DNA from: Candidatus Bathyarchaeum tardum
GTDB lineage: Archaea > Thermoproteota > Bathyarchaeia > Bathyarchaeales > Bathyarchaeaceae
Assembly: GCA_024650005.2 (NCBI GenBank)
Contig: CP122380.1
Location: forward strand, 1,568,001 to 1,632,000
Length of the DNA: 64,000 nucleotides
Reading direction: 5' to 3'
Part shown: one piece after another, positions 60,496-64,000 of the stretch
How the letters are laid out: each line of letters begins with the position of its first letter
How positions within the stretch are numbered: position 1 is the stretch's first letter
Notes under the pieces: generated by a model
Databases searched by the model: none
What the model was told of the DNA's origin: nothing
Seen by the model: only the letters and a program-made list of their open reading frames with translations
Made by a program: the position numbers and the translations under genes

Positions 60496-61183
60496 TTGCT
60501 TCTCGTTCCTTTTTAATCATCTCAGTAACTTTGTCGGTTAACCCACTGGTGTGAGATTCTTGCTCAATTTTGCGAATGGCTTTAATTGCAATCCGCTCAT
60601 TCTCAACTGTTCTTCCGCTAACAAGAATCAAACCATTCTGACCAATAGTCAACTGGCAACCGGTCTCTTTTTTGATCATACCGACCATAGAGCCTTGTCT
60701 GCCAATAACTCTTGGAATCTTGGTGGGAGTAACTTCAACCAGTTGTCCCCGCATAATTTTGCCCAGACCAGGTTCACGAACAGTCAACTGGGGGTCACGG
60801 GTTCGGTCGTACGCAATCACTTTGGTGATAATTAAGTCACCCACATCAAAGATGGAAGGCAAGTCCGTTGTTTCGGGTTTAAAACCGCGCTCAACAACAT
60901 CAGAGGCGCGTAATCGAGCTAGATGGGGAGCTTTGATGTCTATAACCCAACCACCAGGAGTTGCTTCAATGACTTTTCCGATAACAACGTCGCCAGGGAC
61001 AGGAATATAAAATGCTTTTAATGCAACAACATGAACCCTTTTACCGTCGTAATCAACAAGTCCAAGTCTGCAAGCATAAATTTTTTCATTTTCCTTGTAA
61101 GTGCTATCTCCTGAAAGGTAATCACCTTCTGCAAGAAGGTCTCCAGGAGCTACAAGTTGTTTTTTCTCATAAAAGAGTGGCAT
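60482..61183 (-). CDS. rrp4: Exosome RNA-binding subunit Rrp4
   Basis: S1 domain YIP..GDVVIG; KH IPRVIG..GSM, GQNG. Confidence 0.96.
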   Translation of the reverse strand: MPLFYEKKQLVAPGDLLAEGDYLSGDSTYKENEKIYACRLGLVDYDGKRVHVVALKAFYIPVPGDVVIGKVIEATPGGWVIDIKAPHLARLRASDVVERGFKPETTDLPSIFDVGDLIITKVIAYDRTRDPQLTVREPGLGKIMRGQLVEVTPTKIPRVIGRQGSMVGMIKKETGCQLTIGQNGLILVSGRTVENERIAIKAIRKIEQESHTSGLTDKVTEMIKKEREAIDSK

Positions 61184-61210
61184 ATCAAAAAATACCTCAC
61201 ATATTTTCAT

Positions 61211-61903
61211 TTATTTTACAATTTTCGCTTCAATATTTCCTTTAGTTAATTTCCCTAACTTGTCCAATAATGGACCATATGAACCAGCCGACATTTCCAC
61301 AAGGGCAGACCAAGAACCATCGGCCAACCATTGGTCACGCTTTAAAGTGCCAAAGCCTTTGACAGTTCCGTAAACTCTACTTGCGTGCTCAGGGGGGGCA
61401 TGAACTTCAACTGAAATCTTTTCCATCTTGAGCGGAATAATAGGTCGCAACAGTTTTATTATGTCTTTTGCTTGCTCCTCCACACTTTTGGAAGCATCAA
61501 TAGAGAAATGAATCTGCTCCATTGCATGCTCAATTCTAATCGGAGGATGAGGAAGATTGGTTTTTGGATCAATGCATTCACGGGATATGAAAGCAATAAT
61601 TTGTCGACGTTTTTCTTCTACCATCTGTTTTCGTTGGTCAGTAGTTAACTGTAAATCTCCCTTTTTGAGAATTATTTCAGCAATTTTTAACGAATCGACA
61701 GTTCCAAAAACTTCTTTGAGTTTTTCTTCTGAAGCTTTAGTGCCTTTTCCAGCATCCGTAAAGATTATGTCAGATGCAATAACTTCAGAAACTGAATTGT
61801 TACTTTTGCCTAATTTAAAAGATAAAGCCAATTCTGGCTTTGCTAGAATCTCGAAGTGTTCACCATTTTGAGTAATACGGGCTATTGTGTACCTGTCGCT
61901 CAT
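61211..61903 (-). CDS. Ribosome maturation factor SBDS/Sdo1
   Basis: FEIL, IFTDA.KG, QLTTDQR, DPKT..PHPP.RIE. Confidence 0.96.
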   Translation of the reverse strand: MSDRYTIARITQNGEHFEILAKPELALSFKLGKSNNSVSEVIASDIIFTDAGKGTKASEEKLKEVFGTVDSLKIAEIILKKGDLQLTTDQRKQMVEEKRRQIIAFISRECIDPKTNLPHPPIRIEHAMEQIHFSIDASKSVEEQAKDIIKLLRPIIPLKMEKISVEVHAPPEHASRVYGTVKGFGTLKRDQWLADGSWSALVEMSAGSYGPLLDKLGKLTKGNIEAKIVK

Positions 61904-62637
61904 TTGGTTTCACTGCCTGCAAGCCCGCTTTGGAGTTTTTCGATTTCTTCATCGCTTATTACTTTGAGTTTTTGGGTCTCTGCAGGAATTACAGTTAATT
62001 TGATTCTTTTGGGTTCGCCTCTTGCTTCAAGGGCTTTTGTTAGACATTTTGCAGCAAGTTTTGTGGCTGCGTCTAAAGTTAGGTCTTCATTGTATTCTTC
62101 TTTTAGAATACCTTCAACAGTTTCTCGACCAATACCTACTGCTACTGCCTTGTAGCCCCTGTAGGAGCCACTGGGGTCAGTTGAGAAGACTCTACTGCCA
62201 GTTTTGTCGACGCCACCAAAGATGATTGAAACACCAAAGGGTCGAACACCAGCATGTTGAGTGTAAAGTTGTTTTACGTCTCCAACACGTTTGGTCATTA
62301 TTTCAACATCAATGGGTTCATCATAGGTTAACCGGTTACTTTGGGCATATACCCGAGCTTGGTCAATTAGGACACGTGCGTCAGAACCCAATCCAACAAC
62401 TGCTGCTCCAAGATGGTCATCTATGGCGTACAGTTTCCACGTGAAATTTGTATCCTGTAGGGGAGTTTCAATTTTTTCTTCTGCCCCTAAAACTACTCCA
62501 TTTTTACAGGCCATTCCAATAATTGTTGCCCCTCGATTTACGGTTTCTAGGGCATATTCTACCTGAAATAGGCGACCATCAGGAGAAAATACTGTAATAG
62601 TGCGATCGTAAGCACCTGGTGCGGCAAATACAGACAA
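61900..62637 (-). CDS. psmA: Proteasome alpha subunit
   Basis: YDRTITVFSPDGRLFQVEYA, RPFGVS, DPSG. Confidence 0.98.
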   Translation of the reverse strand: MSVFAAPGAYDRTITVFSPDGRLFQVEYALETVNRGATIIGMACKNGVVLGAEEKIETPLQDTNFTWKLYAIDDHLGAAVVGLGSDARVLIDQARVYAQSNRLTYDEPIDVEIMTKRVGDVKQLYTQHAGVRPFGVSIIFGGVDKTGSRVFSTDPSGSYRGYKAVAVGIGRETVEGILKEEYNEDLTLDAATKLAAKCLTKALEARGEPKRIKLTVIPAETQKLKVISDEEIEKLQSGLAGSETK

Positions 62638-63102
62638 ACCATTTCACCTCATACATGAACTACGTTTTGTCTCTGATGTAATAAGGCGGAACTAAAAACC
62701 TTTTCGCATCCCACCAAAGAACAATAAAGTTTTGGTTGTCAACGGACTGCAAACAATCAAATTGTTCTACATCAACATATTTGAATTGATCAAGATTTGA
62801 CAGATAACACAATCTCATTTAGCAATAAAACGAAATATTTAGGAAAAAAAGATATCCCTGAGAAATGTGTAAAAAAAATAAAAAAATTCTTTGATTTAAT
62901 TAAAATTTTTTTGTATTTTAAAGCAGTAGAAAAATTTTTTGGGGCGGGATTAATTGTTTTCAATTAAAACGCATAGTTTTAGTTTAAAGTTTTTGTGAAC
63001 ACAGTGGACATAAATAAAACTTTAAAAAAGTAAGCACATTTAAGTATAAGATTTATTTTACAAAAAGGTAAAGTATTACATAACTCAGAAAGGTGTTAAT
63101 TA

Positions 63103-64000
63103 GTGAAAGCATGGCAAATCGACGACATTAACAACAATATTTTGCAGGCATTAATGAAAGATGCACGCACAAGTTTTACTCAAATGGCAAAAGAAAACAA
63201 CACATCCGTTGCAGCCATACGAAATAGGTATATAAACTTAGAAAAAGCAGGCGTAATTAACGGGTCAATGACCTACATTAACCCACATTTTATCGGGTTT
63301 GATTGTTATGGGTTTTTGGGAGTTAAAGTTCATCCAAAAAATAAACAAGAAATTTGGGACTACCTAATCAAGCAACCGTACATTCTTTCAATATGGCATA
63401 AAACCCAAGAAATCAATATTGGGACATTTTTTGCTGCATCTAACTTGGATTATTTTACTGCAGTAACTGATGAATTAAGAAGCCATCCCCACGTAAAAAG
63501 CATTCAACCGCTAATTTTTGTGGGATTACCCCATAATCATTACCCAGAAAACCTTACCCTCCAATTAAACCAAGAAATCAAAAATCTGCATAGTTTTGAA
63601 GAAGACTTTGAAGTAGCGGAATACAACGAAGATGAGGAGCCATTCAAAAAACACCTCTTTAGACCAGTTCAATTAACTAAGATGAAAAAAACAGATCGAG
63701 AAATTGCCAAGATTTTGACGAACGATGCCCGAACACCTTTTAGTTATATTGCTAATTATCTTAACAAATCCACTGCTTTTGTAATTAACAGATATGCAAA
63801 ACTAAAAGAAAAAGGATTATTCATACGGTCCTCAATTACCCTTGACCTCAAAAAATTGGGGTATCAAGCTAACGCCATGGTTTATATTACAGCAAAGATT
63901 GGCACAAAAATTTCGGACGTTCATCGAGCAGCATCAGAGATTCCAAACGTAATCAGCTTAACCAAAATCATAGGCAGCTGTGACATGTTGGCAATAATTC
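63103..64000 (+). CDS. Tandem (double) Lrp/AsnC-family regulator, 3'-truncated by window edge (not in ORF track)
   Basis: Hand translation from GTG after AGGTG: IDDINNNILQALMKDARTSFTQMAK and second TDREIAKILTNDARTPFSYIA. Confidence 0.85.
   Translation, partial: MKAWQIDDINNNILQALMKDARTSFTQMAKENNTSVAAIRNRYINLEKAGVINGSMTYINPHFIGFDCYGFLGVKVHPKNKQEIWDYLIKQPYILSIWHKTQEINIGTFFAASNLDYFTAVTDELRSHPHVKSIQPLIFVGLPHNHYPENLTLQLNQEIKNLHSFEEDFEVAEYNEDEEPFKKHLFRPVQLTKMKKTDREIAKILTNDARTPFSYIANYLNKSTAFVINRYAKLKEKGLFIRSSITLDLKKLGYQANAMVYITAKIGTKISDVHRAASEIPNVISLTKIIGSCDMLAII

Noticed and set aside
1-64000. Numerous short antisense/overlapping ORFs in the track
   Set aside because: Shadows of well-supported genes on the opposite strand or frame, with no motifs of their own

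Overview
Archaeal chromosomal segment, most consistent with Bathyarchaeia (inferred from gene content: PEF-CTERM surface proteins, Fae-Hps, LysM-linked AAA lysine pathway, DUF3194, exosome superoperon). Mostly housekeeping: (1) a complete LysW-dependent alpha-aminoadipate lysine (possibly also ornithine) pathway in two divergent clusters around lysM; (2) a 12-gene aromatic amino acid operon using the alternative ADH/DKFP route and led by its own aspartokinase and asd, with pheA convergent; (3) a C1 locus (glyA, small RHH gene, HTH-Fae-Hps fusion); (4) radA, tfs, cdc6; (5) apgM-hom-ask; (6) an ECF module; (7) the psmA-SBDS-rrp4/41/42-eL43-brix-pcc1-pfdB superoperon. Features missing from the ORF track were read by hand: lysW, a 52-aa RHH gene, a C/D box sRNA, a 29-aa very basic peptide, a frameshifted ridA and a truncated tandem-Lrp gene. 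Top candidate for a new system: a 24-codon Phe/Tyr-rich leader ORF followed at once by a terminator-like hairpin and U-run, directly upstream of the aromatic operon, i.e. a possible ribosome-dependent attenuator in an archaeon. No tRNA, rRNA, CRISPR array or mobile element was seen. All assignments are by eye, without database searches.
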